NCBI GenBank assembly: GCA_028534125.1
Contig: CM052818.1
Location: 7,876,001 to 7,940,000, forward strand
Length of the DNA stretch: 64,000 nt
Origin: Lama glama
Lineage: Eukaryota
Reading direction: 5' to 3'
Position numbers and translations under genes: made by a program. The notes under the pieces were generated by a model, which saw only the letters and a program-made list of their open reading frames with translations, was not told where the DNA came from and made no database searches. Shown one piece after another: positions 1 to 12,862 of this stretch (position 1 is the stretch's first letter; each line of letters opens with the position of its first letter).

Positions 1-1139
1 TCTGAGAAAGTGATTTAAAAGACTCTCTTGTAAAACTGCCTCCCATTTTTGCCCTCAAAAATAGAAAGCATTTACTATTTATTCCTCACAAGGTACTTAA
101 TCAACATCAAGCCCTATTCCACGCCCCAAGGAAATACACACTTGCAGAGACATCGTCATCCTCAGGCGGGAAGCATGGGTGCCCCTCCCTGCCAGACAAG
201 GGCTGAACAGGCCCGCTCAGCCTCAGCTGCAGTGTGTTGCCTCCGAGGCTCCTGCAAAATCAGAACATGCCAGGACAAGCTTATGCTTTATTTCTCAGAA
301 ATTTTATTTTGGTGACTTCCCGACTTAAAGAATATAACTGCCTAAGCACACTAAGATCCTGCCTACTACAGGAATGGAAGTGAGACTCTAACATCTGTTG
401 CTCCCTGAGTTTCCTCCAAAACACGTTTTGTTTATTTGTTCTCAAAATTACGTTTTATGGTTGGAGGCCATAGCAATTCACCCTACCATAAAATGGTGTT
501 TATTTATACAACAGGTTACACATTTTGGAAAACAGTTCTAGTATTTTCTTAATTTCTGTTGGCCTTACAAGTTCTTGGGAGGATGCCTGCTTGATCCTAG
601 TGATTTATTTAAGTGTATTTTGTCATTTAGTCCTGAAACCTTCTTATGAATTTTACTATTACGTATCCTAATAGTCTCTCTCTACCCCTTAAAAGGTAGG
701 TTCAATTTAGTTAGAGTTCATAAACCTTCACTGAGATTTACTGTGTGTCCAACATTGGGAGTCAAATAAGGAACAGACATAATCCTCTTCCTTAGTGTGA
801 TGTTTCTCAACTGGGAGAGAGAAGGATGGAAGTCAGAACCTCCTGAGCTCCAAGAGGGAGGGGAAAATGTATAAAACTTGACATTATATTCAATATTACA
901 ATATAATTTTTTATTTGTAAAACAAAATATGTTATTTCATACATGAACAATAGAAAGTAAAGCTTGAAAAATGATTTGAGACATAGTAAATGCAAAAGAT
1001 GCAGAGAGTCTCGGAATTAAGGATGGCTTTGAGGTTTTTAAAAGCTGACAAATGCTGCTCAGGCTAGTGGCAGAGCCTAATGTGTACAGAAAATGTAGAA
1101 TCACTGCATTGTCCATTTGAAAATAGTGGCATTTATGCA

Positions 1140-1500
1140 AGGAGTAACAGAAACACCATAGGGTGCAGAGACTAAGGGCAAGTAGGGAGTTAGGAGGATA
1201 TTACAGAAGTAGGGACATTTTAGCTGACTTTTAAAGAATAGGCAGAAAATCAACAAGTGGAGAAAGGAGAGATGACCTACAGGCAGAGAAAAAGCTGTGT
1301 CCAAAGGCTCAGAGACATGAAGGAGAAGGTATACTCAAAAGGTGTAAGAGCTCTTACCCCTTTGGAAGATGTAAGAAGGCACACGCAGGTGGTATAAGTA
1401 GCCCAGGATGGATTGGGTAGGGTTGGAGGAAGTAGGATAGAAGGACTGCAAAAGCGTTAAATGGCATACTAGGAGTTCACTTTTTATCCTGAAGACCAGT
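1140..1500 (-). mobile_element. L2 LINE fragment (ancient)
   Basis: Purine-rich diverged sequence with L2-antisense-like motifs (gggacattttagctgactttt, aggcagagaaaaagctgtgtccaaaggc, aggagttcactttttatcctgaag). Boundaries approximate. Confidence 0.55.
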
Positions 1501-1536
1501 GGCTCCTCATCAGAATCATTTGTTCAGTTTTTCAGA

Positions 1537-2555
1537 ACAGTTTTATTGAGATATAACTGCATACATTAACCTACACTTAGAGTATATAACTTGATACATT
1601 TTTGACATGTGTGTACGCTCATAAAATCATCACCACAGTCAAAATAATGAATATCTCTATCAGCCCCAAAAGTTTCCTTGTACCCCTTTGTGATTCCTCC
1701 CTTTCACCCCTTCTTACTTTCTCCATCCCTAGGCAACCACTGATCTGCCTTCTGTCACTGTAGACTAGCTTGTGTTCACTAGAATTTGTGTTCACTAGAA
1801 TGGAATCATACAGCAGGTACTTGCTTTTTGTCTAGCTTCTTTTACTCAACATAATTATTTTGAGATAGATTAGTTAATATTGTATGTATCAGTATTTTCT
1901 TTCTTTTATTGTTGAGTGATATTCCATTGTATGGACATTCAATAATTTGTCTATTCTCACCTGTAGATGGACTTTTGGGTTGCTTCCAGTTTGGGCTTTT
2001 ATTAATAAAATGGGTATGAACATTCAGCTACAAGTCTTTGTATGACTATGTGGCTTCAATATAGTAGTGTATGTTTAACTTTTTGAGACACTGCCAAACT
2101 GTTTTCCAAAATGACTATAATATTTTATATTCCCACCAGTAGCGTATGAGCCTTCCAATTACTCCCCATCCTCACCAGTACTTGGTATGGTGAGTTTTAA
2201 AATTTTAGACATTCTAATAGATGTGATTTTAACTTACAATGTGGTTTTAATTTGCATTTCCCTAATGACTAATGAGGTTGAATATTTTTTCATGTGCTTA
2301 TTTTACCATTTGTATATCTTCTTTGGTGAAATGGTTATTCAGATCTTCTTTTTATATTTGTATTAGGGTGTTTGTGTTCATAATAATAAGTTTTGAGAGT
2401 GATTTATGTGTTCTCAGTACAAGTTCTTTATTTGACATATGATTTGCAAATATTTTCTCTGTGACTTGTCTTTTCATTCTCTTAACAGTATCTTTCAAAA
2501 AGTTCTTAATTTTGATGGAGTCCAGTTGATCAATTATTTCTTTTATGGAGTAAGT
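1537..2555 (-). mobile_element. Old L1M (L1MB/MC-like) 3' end, ORF2 C-terminus plus 3'UTR
   Basis: Starts ttttattgagatataac (reverse of the L1 3' terminus); ggcaaccactgatctg and ctgccaaactgttttccaaa motifs. ORF 2352..2660(-) contains the L1 ORF2-like stretch IDQLDSIKIKNFLKDTVKRMKRQ..EKIFANHMSNKELV. Confidence 0.9.
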
Positions 2556-2574
2556 TGGGTAGTTTTTGTGCTTG

Positions 2575-2705
2575 TTCTTAATACTGATTCCTGGGCCTCT
2601 CCCCTCAAGACCTTCATTCAGTAAGTCTGAAAAGAGACTTGGACTTCTGAGTATGTACAAAATTTCAAAGGTGATTTTGATGTTCAGCTACTATTGACAA
2701 TATTG
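2575..2705. mobile_element. MER5-type hAT-Charlie MITE, right part (left part ~1498-1530, split by the L1M)
   Basis: aatactgattcctgggcctctcccctcaagaccttcattcagtaagtctg...ggtgattttgatgttcagc resembles MER5A/B; catcagaatcatttg lies on the other side of the L1. Confidence 0.6.
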
Positions 2706-3499
2706 CATAAAACATTAAAGGTGGTGGGATGTTGTATTTATTTTTTGAATGCTTGGGAGTTTGTTTAATTATTTCCTTATAGTTCATCCTGTTTCAGAAA
2801 GACTTTAAGATAGTTTACACGGGTCCAAGATAACATAACTTGAAAGTAGATAGAAAAAAATAAAAGTAAGGTGGGACGTAAATTGCAGCCTTTAATGGCA
2901 ATAAAAATGCATACTCTATTGATCTGCACATTGCCTCTAACCTTTCCAGCAATTCAACGTGTATAAGGTACAAACAAGCCAATTCTTTAAGAGACATTAA
3001 GTACTGACTAGACATGAATGCCTCCTGAGGAGCCTTATAAGGACAGAGGACCAAGGCTCTGTACAACAACAGCAAGTTTCAAGGGACAGTTTGTTATAGT
3101 AGTTCAATATGGGCCAATCCCATTATGATTAGGTGCAATTCAGTAAAAGTCAATCTTTCAGGGAACCATTAAAACAAAGAATAGATATCAGCTCTCTGAT
3201 GATCTAAACTGTGTACAGAAGTATACATTAAACCATACAGACTATAAGGAAGGGTAAATGATCCTTCTTTTAGGCAATGGTCTGTGCTTTCTCTTAGACA
3301 AGTTTTTGATAAATATTGTTCGGGTGCTGGGAAGATGAGCCCAGAATTCTACTCCCTGTTTCTCTATGCTGCTTGTTGAATATAGACCTGCTTGTTAAGG
3401 GAGACAGTTGAGTTGGGGGTTAGCATCCCTTCGCAAAGGTTACCTAACAGAGCCATCTCACTTCTGCCAGAATCAAGGGAATCTCATAAGTAAGGCCAA

Positions 3500-4110
3500 G
3501 AACCCATTGGAGGTCTTAAAGCATAGGATTGAATTGGCTTATATTTTAGAAAGATGATTTTGGTAACATTGTGGAGAATCGGCATTGAAATGGGCAGAGA
3601 AGCAAAGGAGGTAGGAGACTATTGGAATAGTGTAGGTAAATGATAGTAAGGAGCTTGCTCTGTGATGATTGTAGTGGAGACTAAAAGGCAGGGTTTCAAG
3701 AGTGATTTCAGAGATAGAAACAACAGATGGAGTGATGGTTTGATATGAGCATTGAGGGAGAAGGAGTTGAAGATGATGCTAAGATTATTCTAAATTGACC
3801 AACTGGGGAGGAAATGGGACCATTAACTGCAATTTAGAACAGAGGAGGAAGAACAGGTTGCAGAAAAAATCATGAGTTTGGCATCTGATGTTTGGAGCTT
3901 GTGTATTTGAATTATCCAAGTGAAAATAGCAGTAGAATGTTAAAGATAAAGATCTGGAGCTCAAAAGAGGGATGGCTGGAGATAAAGATTTGAGGATATC
4001 AACACACAGGTAAGTGGTGATTGAAATTTGGGGAATGGATCAGAATACCTGGGGAGATTCTATAGAAGGGGAAGAGAAGAGGTTGGAACACTGCAAATAG
4101 GGAGTTTAAA
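3500..4110 (-). mobile_element. L2 LINE fragment
   Basis: Typical L2-antisense motifs: ttttagaaagatgattttgg, gagggagaaggagttgaagatgatgc, gatctggagctcaaaagagggatggctggagataaagatttg. Confidence 0.8.
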
Positions 4111-4807
4111 AGTAAGACATTTTCTAAAATACTCTTCAGTAAAGATGAAAAAAAAAGATTTTCTCTGTGTCTAGTCCTACATTTCACATTTGCTCCTATC
4201 ATGACCTCGTTCCATTGAGTCTCAGCCTGATTTTGAACATTCTGTGTCATTAAAAAAAAAAAACAAAAACTTTTGTTATTGGGTTTTGCAGCCCTTGAAA
4301 GTTATTTCTGTAATATTTTTTTGCCCTGTGTAATTTCTGACCTACCATTTCCTGGACCTTACTGATCTCATCTAAAATTATGTCTGGTTTATTTTGTATT
4401 TAGCCATGATATATTTTTATTAGAGTAGGAGGTCTTTTTAACTTTGAGGTTCAATTTTTCCCAGGCTTCTAGTGTGGTATTTTATACCGTTGCTAGAATA
4501 TACAGTGACTTATTACATCTGTAATTCTCCATTCCATTATTTTCTAAACAATACTCATATTTTTATCAAAGTTACCAACACAAAAACAAAATGATATGAT
4601 TTCTAAGTTTTTTTCTCTTTCATGATAATGTTGAGCTGACTTGTAATTACATTATGATCACCCTTTTGGCACAGTTTGACTTATCTCAAAAATATTTTTG
4701 CATCAGCCCTTGAATTTCTCTAAGCCTTCTTATTCAATAGTCATTCATTTGCCTGTATGAGTGAAAAACATATCTTTTTCAATACCTCACATAAATATCT
4801 CTATGAA

Positions 4808-6400
4808 TTATTTTATTGAAGTATAATAAATATGCAGAAGAGTATAAAATTCTTAAGTGCTCACTTTAATGAATTTTTACACAGTGAACATATCCACGTC
4901 AACTCCACTTAGTTCAAGAAATAAAGCACTACTAGCACCTAAGAAATCCCCACCTTGTACCCTTTGTAGTTACTCTCTCCACTTTCTGAATAGTAATTAC
5001 TCTTCTGACTTCTAACCCAATAAATTAGGTTTGCCTTTTCTGAGTGTCATATTAATGTTATCATACAACATAGTCTTCTTGCTTCTGGCTTCTTTCATTC
5101 AACATAATGCTTTTGAGACTCTGTCATTTATTTTGTTTCTTGGCTTGTTTCCTTTCGTTGTGTAGTACTCCATTGTCTGAATATATCTCAGCTTATTTTT
5201 CCATTTTCCTGTTCATGGGCATTTGGATTGTTTCCAGTTTCTGAATATCTCAAATAATGCTGCTGTAAACTTTGTAAATGTCTTTTGGTGCACACATGTA
5301 CACATTTTATTGGATACATATGCAGTGATGAAATTTTATAAAGAAATGCAGTACTATTGGTTTCTCTGAAGATTCTTTTGGATTTTAAACATATTCATCA
5401 TATTGTCTGTGAATAATGATAGTCTTATTTTTCCTTCATTCTAATACATTCTATTGTATGTTTTTCTTGACTTACTGTTCTGGAGTCAGAAAAATAATGA
5501 ATAGCAGTGATAACAGTGGACATCCTTGCCTTATTCCCAATCTCAGGGAAAAGCTTTCAATATCTCAAATTAAGTATGACATTTACTGTAGGTATTTTGT
5601 AACTATCCTTTTTCAAGTTAATGAAGTTCCCTTCTAGACCTAATTTGTTAAGAGGTTGTTGTTGTTTTAGTATTATATAATGAATAATTGTTGAATTTTT
5701 AAAATTGTTAATGCTGTTTCTGCATCAGGTGAATTTAACACAAAATTGATATCTTGTATTCTGTTAATGTCATGAATTACATTGATTTTCAAAGATGAAA
5801 CCCACATTGCATTCCTGGAATAAACTTGGTTGTGATATATTATCCTATTATGCATCACTGGATTAAATTTGCTGATACTTTGTTTAGGAATTTTGCATGT
5901 GTCATGAAAAAGATTGGCCTGTGATGTTCCTTTCTTGTATTGTCCCTGTGAGGTTTCAGCACCAGACTATTTTGGTCTCATTAAACAAGTTGGCAAGTGC
6001 CCCTTTTTAGTCTATTCTCTTGAAGATCTAATTAAGATTGGTGTCATTTCTTCTTTAATTGTTTGGTAGAATTCACCAGTAATGTCATCAGGCCTGCATA
6101 GGGTTTTCGTCTGTCAGGGGAAGGTTTTAAATTAGAGATTAAATGTTTAAATAAATATAGAACTATTCATATGTTCTACTTCTTTTTGCATAGATTTTAT
6201 GAGTTATGTTTTCTAGGAATTTGCCAGTTCATTGAAATTTCAAATGAACTAACATAAAGGTGTTCATAATATTTTATTATCTTTTTAATGTCTGTAGGGT
6301 ATATAGTGATATCTCGTTTTTATTTCTGACAGTAGAGATTCATGCCTTCTTTTTCACTTTTCCCTTGACCAGCCTTATCAGTGGTAAATCAATTTTATTG
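4808..6400 (-). mobile_element. Old L1M (L1ME-like) 3'UTR joined to an ORF2 RT-region fragment
   Basis: ttattttattgaagtataa 3' terminus; aatagcagtgataacagtggacatccttgccttattcccaatctcagggaaaagctttc is the conserved L1 RT antisense motif. ORF 5673..5858(-) reads INVIHDINR...DAE, a degenerate L1 RT segment. Confidence 0.88.
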
Positions 6401-6404
6401 CTCT

Positions 6405-6908
6405 AATGATTTTCAGGTCCCTTTACACTTCTAAAAATTGAGGACCATAAAGAACTTTTGTCTGTGTTGGCTCTGTTTATCAGTATTTATCATATTAGAA
6501 ATTTAAATTGTGAAAATTTAAAAATACGTATTTATTAATTCATTTAAAATCTATTACACTTTAATCAAATAACATTATTTTATAAAAATATCTCAAATTT
6601 AAGTGAAAATAGCAACATCTGTAAAGCACAAATTGATAAGAATGACTGTCCTACACTTCAAATCTCTTTTATATCAGATTTACTAGAACAAAGCTGGATT
6701 CTCTTATCTACTTTTATTTTTGATTTGTTTCAGTTCTAAATGTCATGTAGCCACTGGAAAACTTTACTATGTACTTGTGAGGGAATAAAGATGAAAAAGG
6801 AAAATAACATACAGTGATGATGATAATGATTAAAATAATCTTCACCTTATAGATCCCTTGACCTCAGGGATGTCCAATAGTCCTGAGATTACATTTTAAG
6901 AACGTCTA
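6405..6908 (+). mobile_element. MER119-like hAT-Charlie non-autonomous DNA transposon
   Basis: tcaggtccctttacacttctaaaaattgaggaccataaagaactttt ... gtcatgtagccactggaaaact ... acattttaagaac follows the MER119 consensus as I recall it. Confidence 0.75.
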
Positions 6909-6934
6909 TGTTAGTCATGGTTGACACACCCTTT

Positions 6935-7188
6935 CCAGCTCCTTATCCTTCAGATTTCAGCTGGAATGTTGTTTCCTCAGGGAAGCCTTCCCTGTCCTTC
7001 AAAACCACATTAGATTCCCTGTTCGATAGTCAGGATTTACGTAGTCCTATTTTAAATATCTAGTACCTCCAGCCTGTAAACTTCTTAGGGGCAGGGACTG
7101 TATCTGTCTTATTTACCATTATGCCCTCCTTGTCTAACAAATGCCCAACTCTTAGTTCCCCCTAATACATATTTGTTGACTGGATGAG
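6935..7188 (+). mobile_element. L2 3' end
   Basis: ttcctcagggaagccttccctg ... gtaaacttcttaggggcagggactgtatctgtcttattt ... atatttgttgactggatga. Confidence 0.8.
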
Positions 7189-7983
7189 CTGCCTTAGTCT
7201 AGATCAAGACTCCTCCTTTTTAGCTAAGCAGCTCTTCCAGTTTTCCACTTTTTACTCACCATGTCCCCCACCCTACCCCACCCCAACATGAGGCCCAAGA
7301 GAAATTTGGACTAGAAGAGGAATTTGAATAACAAATATAGCATCAGAAGCAGAGAAACCATGCCCTTCTGGTGACTCAACCTTTGTTTTCATCTCAGACA
7401 TCTCCAGGATCTTCCCTTAGGACAGATTTTCTCTCTGAGAGGCCTCTTGGTCCTTCCCCTAAATACATGAGTCCCTTTCCCAGCACACAGTCTCCATCAA
7501 TGGAGTCAAAGTTGTGAAGAGGCTAGTTCTGGACGCTGTTAGTATAGTGTTAGTGGCTTTTTTCACTTTCTAAACTTCGAATCCACACTTTTTTTAATAA
7601 CCACTTACCAGATCGCCTGATTGCCTGGTTATTGATAATTCAAAATCACTTAAGTCTGAAAACCTTAAATTTCTTCAAAACTCAGTTGACATTTTGGTCT
7701 TCTAGAATCTCCTGGGCAGCTCTGTCAGAGGGTATAAGGTCTGTGTAGAGACATAACTGCTGCCCCTCTGGAAGGCAGACCATACCCACATCTCCAGAAT
7801 CAGAGGTCAGGAAGGCATCACCCTTAGGATCACAGACTGGCCCCTGGCTGGCCCTACAAACCCTATTATTTAATTACTATTTGTATACTTCGGGGAGAAA
7901 ATAATTTTCATGTTATTCCTCTGCTATAGAGCTGATAGGATTAATACTTATTATTGGAGCCACAGATTAAATAATTCTCAAGG

Positions 7984-8142
7984 TGACTGCTTAACGGGTA
8001 CAGGGTTTTCTTTTGGGATGACGAAAATGTTTTGGAATTAGAGGTGATGCTTGCACAATGTTGTGAAGGTACTTAAATGTCACTGATTTGTACACTTTAA
8101 AATGGTTAATCTTATGTGAATTTTACCTCAATTTTAAAAAAT
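7984..8142 (+). mobile_element. 5'-truncated L1MB-like 3' end with degenerate TSD
   Basis: tgactgcttaacgggtacagggttttcttttgggatgacgaaaatgttttggaattaga ... ttacctcaattttaaaaa. Flanking repeats aataattctcaagg (7970-7983) and aataatcctcaggg (8143-8156) match at 12/14. Confidence 0.85.
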
Positions 8143-8589
8143 AATAATCCTCAGGGAGCATAGAATTTCTCTCACAAGAAAATTCTAGGAATTTCAGCTG
8201 GTCATCACTGAGGTCATAGAATTCTCTGGAGACGCGGCCATCTGTGCTTGCCCCTCCCCACCACCCTGCACTCCCCTGTATCATTTGAAGCCAGCTGGAT
8301 TTAATCTACTACAAAGATTCCATTTTAGAAAACAACCTCTAGCACCAAATTGTTGGCACAGAGCAACAGCCGTAATGGAAGCAAATAAAAATAACTACTG
8401 ACTGGTCTCAGAATATATCTTTATAAGGATATTTTTCTCTGTAATGTCATTAATCAAAATATTCTTTTGATGTCACACTATAGAATACATGAGATGGATT
8501 TTGGTTTCATGAAGTTTTAGTCACACTCAATTAACAACACGTGCAATTTGAATGGATTTCAAGAGCTATACTATTCTTACTGCAAGTGA

Positions 8590-8890
8590 ATTCATTTCCT
8601 CAGTCAACAAATAATTTTTGAGGACCTTCTATGTGTCAGTCAGGGTATTAGGTGCTAGTAATACAGAGATGAATAAGGCATGCCCCCTACACAAAAATTT
8701 ATGGTCAAATAATCACATTAATTATGTAGATGATTGTGTTTCCAACATAGAAAGCTGTGTCAGAAGGCAAAGGTGAGCTTCAGGGCACCAAGAGCCTGTT
8801 TGGCATGATCACTGCTGTGTCCCTGGGAATACGTAATAGGTCTGGCACGCTGAAGAAACTCATCCAATATTTTTTGATAAATGAATGAAG
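8590..8890. mobile_element. Two L2 3' ends in opposite orientation (minus ~8590-8705, plus ~8770-8890)
   Basis: cagtcaacaaataatttttgaggaccttctatgtgtcag (antisense L2 tail) and ctggcacgctgaagaaactcatccaatattttttgataaatgaatgaa (sense L2 tail). Confidence 0.7.
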
Positions 8891-10472
8891 CTTTCCACAA
8901 TTATATATTATTTTCACTGTTTTATGTGTTTTTTATATAGTCCAGCATGACTCAAACCAGAAATGACTGGTTTATTGGCTATAATATGAAAAAGATAATT
9001 AGTGTATTCTTTTTTACCATTCTCAGCATACAAATATCATTTTCACGTCAAAACTTCAGATTATCTGCTTTTAATTCATGTATCCTGATCCCATAAGTGG
9101 GCTGAGGGCCATAGAAAAATGCTTGTGGGAAAAAGACATCCATCCTCCTCTGCAACCTCTTTACTACCCCCATCCCCAAATCCTCTCTGTTCTCCAAAGA
9201 TGCTGACATCCACATCAGCCTCTATTCTCTGCCCCAGGCACTTGGACTTAATGGCTTAGTTTTGGGATGATTGCCCTGATTTGGTCCATGATGCCCCTAC
9301 TGAAGGCAACTTTCATTTCAACCCTACCCTGAACCTCGGCCAGAAAGAGGTGGAGATCTTGCAATGGTTCTGAAGGACCAGGCTAAGAAGTTTACTAATA
9401 TCCCTATTTATTCAGTACATGTATTTTTTAAAAAGGTTAGTATCATTGCCCAGGAATTAGCCACTAGTGTCCAGCACAAAACAAGGTGGGTTAATACCAT
9501 ACATTATAAGACACCTGTCAACAATGGGGACAACACTCCTTTTCTAAGATTCTTTTTTTTTCCTTTTTTCTTTTTCCTTTTCCAAAATTCTTAAACCAGG
9601 TCAAACTATCTGATTTATCCCATCATTACCTGTCCCACCCATCCCACCCTTGGGCTATGTTAGGAAGATACTAGGAGGGAGGGTGTCGGGCTTGTGGGTT
9701 ATCCTCCCTCAGGGGAGAAGGAGGCGTCTTCTCCCACTCTAAGCCAAGTGGGCAGGGGAGGAGCATGAGAGCCCAGTAGGAAGCCTGAGTAATAAGAGGC
9801 TGTGAGACGTAGCACTGAGGGGCCAGGTGGTGGCTATGGAAGAGGTAGAGCTGGGGTGGGTGACATCTCCCACTTCAGGGATTCCTACAGCTGGCAAGCC
9901 TTGCCTCCGAAGAACTCACACATGCACTCCACAAGGAGGGCAGAATTGAGTGACTGTCACACAGAGGGCATCTTCAGAACCACAGTGTTAACTAGGGAGA
10001 AGCAATAACCCACCAAGAGAGGAGGAGATCCTTGTCCCAGTCACATGCCTGTCCTGCCCAACACTGCAAAATCCAACTTTGGAAGAGGAAAGGGGGAGAC
10101 ATCTCAGAACCAGGCTTTCTAATAATCAGGGCCCCAGATCAGTTCTGTACTGGGAGAAGGGGAAGTGAGATTTCAATTGACAATGAGATTGAAGTCTTTT
10201 AATAGACAGAGTTTTAATAATCAAAATGAGTAGTTATGAAATCTGAAAGCTGAGAATCTAACTTCCCTGTATCTTCTCTAAGTTTTTAGGAGCAGAAAGG
10301 GGAGATTCCATAGAGCTCTGTTGAAAGTAAGGATTGAAGAAAAGTAAATTCTTTTCAAGTCTAAATTTTCTAAGTTGAATCCTAAGCAAGCCCTCCTGGA
10401 ACAGAGTTGTATCAGTTGATACGTAATAATGGAGATCAGCTTCAACTCTGGCTGGCACATCGAGCTCTCAAA

Positions 10473-11292
10473 CAGGACCACTTTCATGGGTGCAGCCTCA
10501 CAGGGGCTCCATGCTCAGGGTTTAATGTTCTGTGGTCACAAACTTGAAGTTCTTAGCATTTTCATCTTCAAATTTGTGTTTTGAAAATGCATTCTGGATG
10601 GGGCAGTGAAGCATGTGCCCCGGGATTGGAGCTTAGCTCATGCACAGTCCCACTTCCCACCACCTCCATGGATGGGTTCTTCACTGCCTACTGCCCTGTT
10701 CTCTGATTCTCAGAGCACCATCCAGTCTCCACCTCGCTGCCTCCACCCAGTAGAGGCTGCTGCCTGTTGCCCTCTGTGGGGATCTGGGTGCAGGCATAGG
10801 GAGGTTGGGTGGGGTCAGGCAGCTATGGGACGTGCCATCCCCACCCTGGGCTAATAGCACTATAGCATGTGTCAGGGACTTGGCAGAATGAGCCTGTAGC
10901 CTACCCCTGATCCAGGAATCTCATGCATCCAGGTGTCTTCTGTGGCGGGGTGGGCAGTAGGCGGATGGCAAGGGGAGACTTCCTCACCCCTCACTGAGGA
11001 GCAGTGTATTGTTCTAGTGGCTAGTGGGGAGGGGGCAGCGGTTGGTGGGCCACGTGTGTCCCCTTCCACTGCTGGAGAGGTTCTACATTCACCGCATGGA
11101 TGCCCATGCCTGAGGGAGCACTACATTAAATAGCAAATCAAAAGAACCACGATGTGCTGAGAGAGAGAAAGTGGAAGAAAGGGAAAAGACTTATATTCAA
11201 ATCCCTTTAACAATACACATTTCCTGCTTTTTGAACAAAGAGCCCTACATTTTCCGTTTGTCCCAGGCCCTGCAGTTATGTAGCTGCCCCTG
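10473..11292 (+). mobile_element. MER45B/C-like hAT-Tip100 DNA transposon with TIRs and 8-bp TSD
   Basis: Termini caggaccactttcatggg ... atgtagctgcccctg; internal ggtttaatgttctgtggtc and tttgaacaaagagccctacatttt as in MER45. TSD ctctcaaa (10465-10472) vs ctcttaag (11293-11300), 6/8. Confidence 0.85.
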
Positions 11293-11408
11293 CTCTTAAG
11301 CCTCATTTCCCCAGGGAAGGACTAATTTCCTATTTGTGAGTGTCCTGAACCTGGCTCACATGGCCTGAGGTTGTGACAGTGCTTTCCAGCCAGCTTGCTA
11401 CCTCAGTA

Positions 11409-11579
11409 CAGAAGCAGATACAAGTTCAGAGGCCTGAAGCTTATACAATACCAGGGGCATCCCTTTAAAAATTATGAATACAAAATTGCTACATCCTTTC
11501 CTAGGACCCCGGAGGAGGTCTGTGCAAAGGAGGGGTCCTGAAACGCACACCTCGTTAGCTTTATGTCACTCCACCTCTG
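11409..11579. mobile_element. Short hAT-Tip100-type MITE (possibly ORSL-like)
   Basis: Inverted termini cagaagcaga / tccacctctg; ggcctgaagcttatacaat and tgaatacaaaattgcta motifs. Family name uncertain. Confidence 0.6.
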
Positions 11580-12617
11580 CATTCATAGCATGCCCTCTGC
11601 CCACTCATGGGCCTACTTCAAGAATCTAGAGGTTTCTTGAAAGTTGCAGAACCTCTGTTGCTTACTCTGAAACCCACAAATCACAAGCTAAGTGGTCATA
11701 TTTTTTTGACAGGGGAAGAGTGAACTTTTGTTGAGGTCCCCGCAACTGTGGTATCTTTCTTCCACTTTTTTTCACTTGTGGCCTCCCTGGGAGGCCTCTT
11801 GTGTGGAACTATTCCTAGAATTTCTTTCTTTATGAAAACTCTTGTAAATTAAATGATGCTGGAATGCTAAATTCTGCTTACATTTACATTCTACAATGTA
11901 AAAAAAAGGAAAAAAATTCTCTTCTTTCTTCAGTTATTGCAGTCTCTCCTTAATTGATCTTACCCCTATTTGAGAAGCTAAGTGGTTGTATACAAATTGA
12001 AAGCACAGACAAGTGTAATAATTCCTTTAAAAAATAAGAATACCAATTTTTTAAAAATTATACAGAAATATAATGTAACACAAGAATATGTTATACACAC
12101 ACACACACACACACATATATGGAAATTACTGAAACAAGAACATCTTTATTTTTATAAAATTCTGTTGGAGATTCACTCCCTTCCCCTACACGAGTTCTTT
12201 ATTCCTATGAACTTTTCCCAGAGAGGTAAAATGCAATAAAAATTGCAACTGCTTTAATTCAAGGGAGAGGAAAAATTTTGCTACATTGTGGGGAAAATGT
12301 TGTTTAAAGACTGAATTATCTATATTAGTCTTATAACCTGACAAAATTCACCAGATAATTGCCTTTCATTTCAGTATGGCACTGATTGTAGCCTAAGTCT
12401 GTAATGAAATGGTGGAGCATAGATGATTACAGATTAGTTTGTTGGCTCTATCAATGACAGAATATTCTGGCAAACAATTTACCTACTATTGGGAAATACA
12501 ATTTATTAGGTTAATTTAAAAAAAAAAGACTTTAACTCAGGTCAGTTGAAATTGCTCTTATTTGTGAGGTTGCTTTGTGAAGGAAGTGGTCTCAATGAAT
12601 TAAGGAATTTTGTGTTG

Positions 12618-12862
12618 GTATTAATCAGGATAGAAGTCCTTTTATTATAGTAACAAACAATCCCCTTATCTCAGAGGCTTGCTCACAACAAATATTGACT
12701 TCTTGCTCACTCTACGTGCCGAATCCAGGTCAGCAGGAGTGTTCATCATGGTGACTCAGGGACCAAGGTTCTACCTCAACATGTACTTCACTTAGTAGGA
12801 GAGATGAGAAACATGTGAATGATATACTGGCTCTTAAAGAATTTGCCTGGAAGTGACACATT
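12618..12862 (-). mobile_element. MLT1 (MaLR) LTR fragment, old subfamily
   Basis: tagtaacaaacaatccccttatctcagaggctt...acaacaaatattgacttcttgctcac ... actcagggaccaagg ... tgcctggaagtgacaca. Confidence 0.7.
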
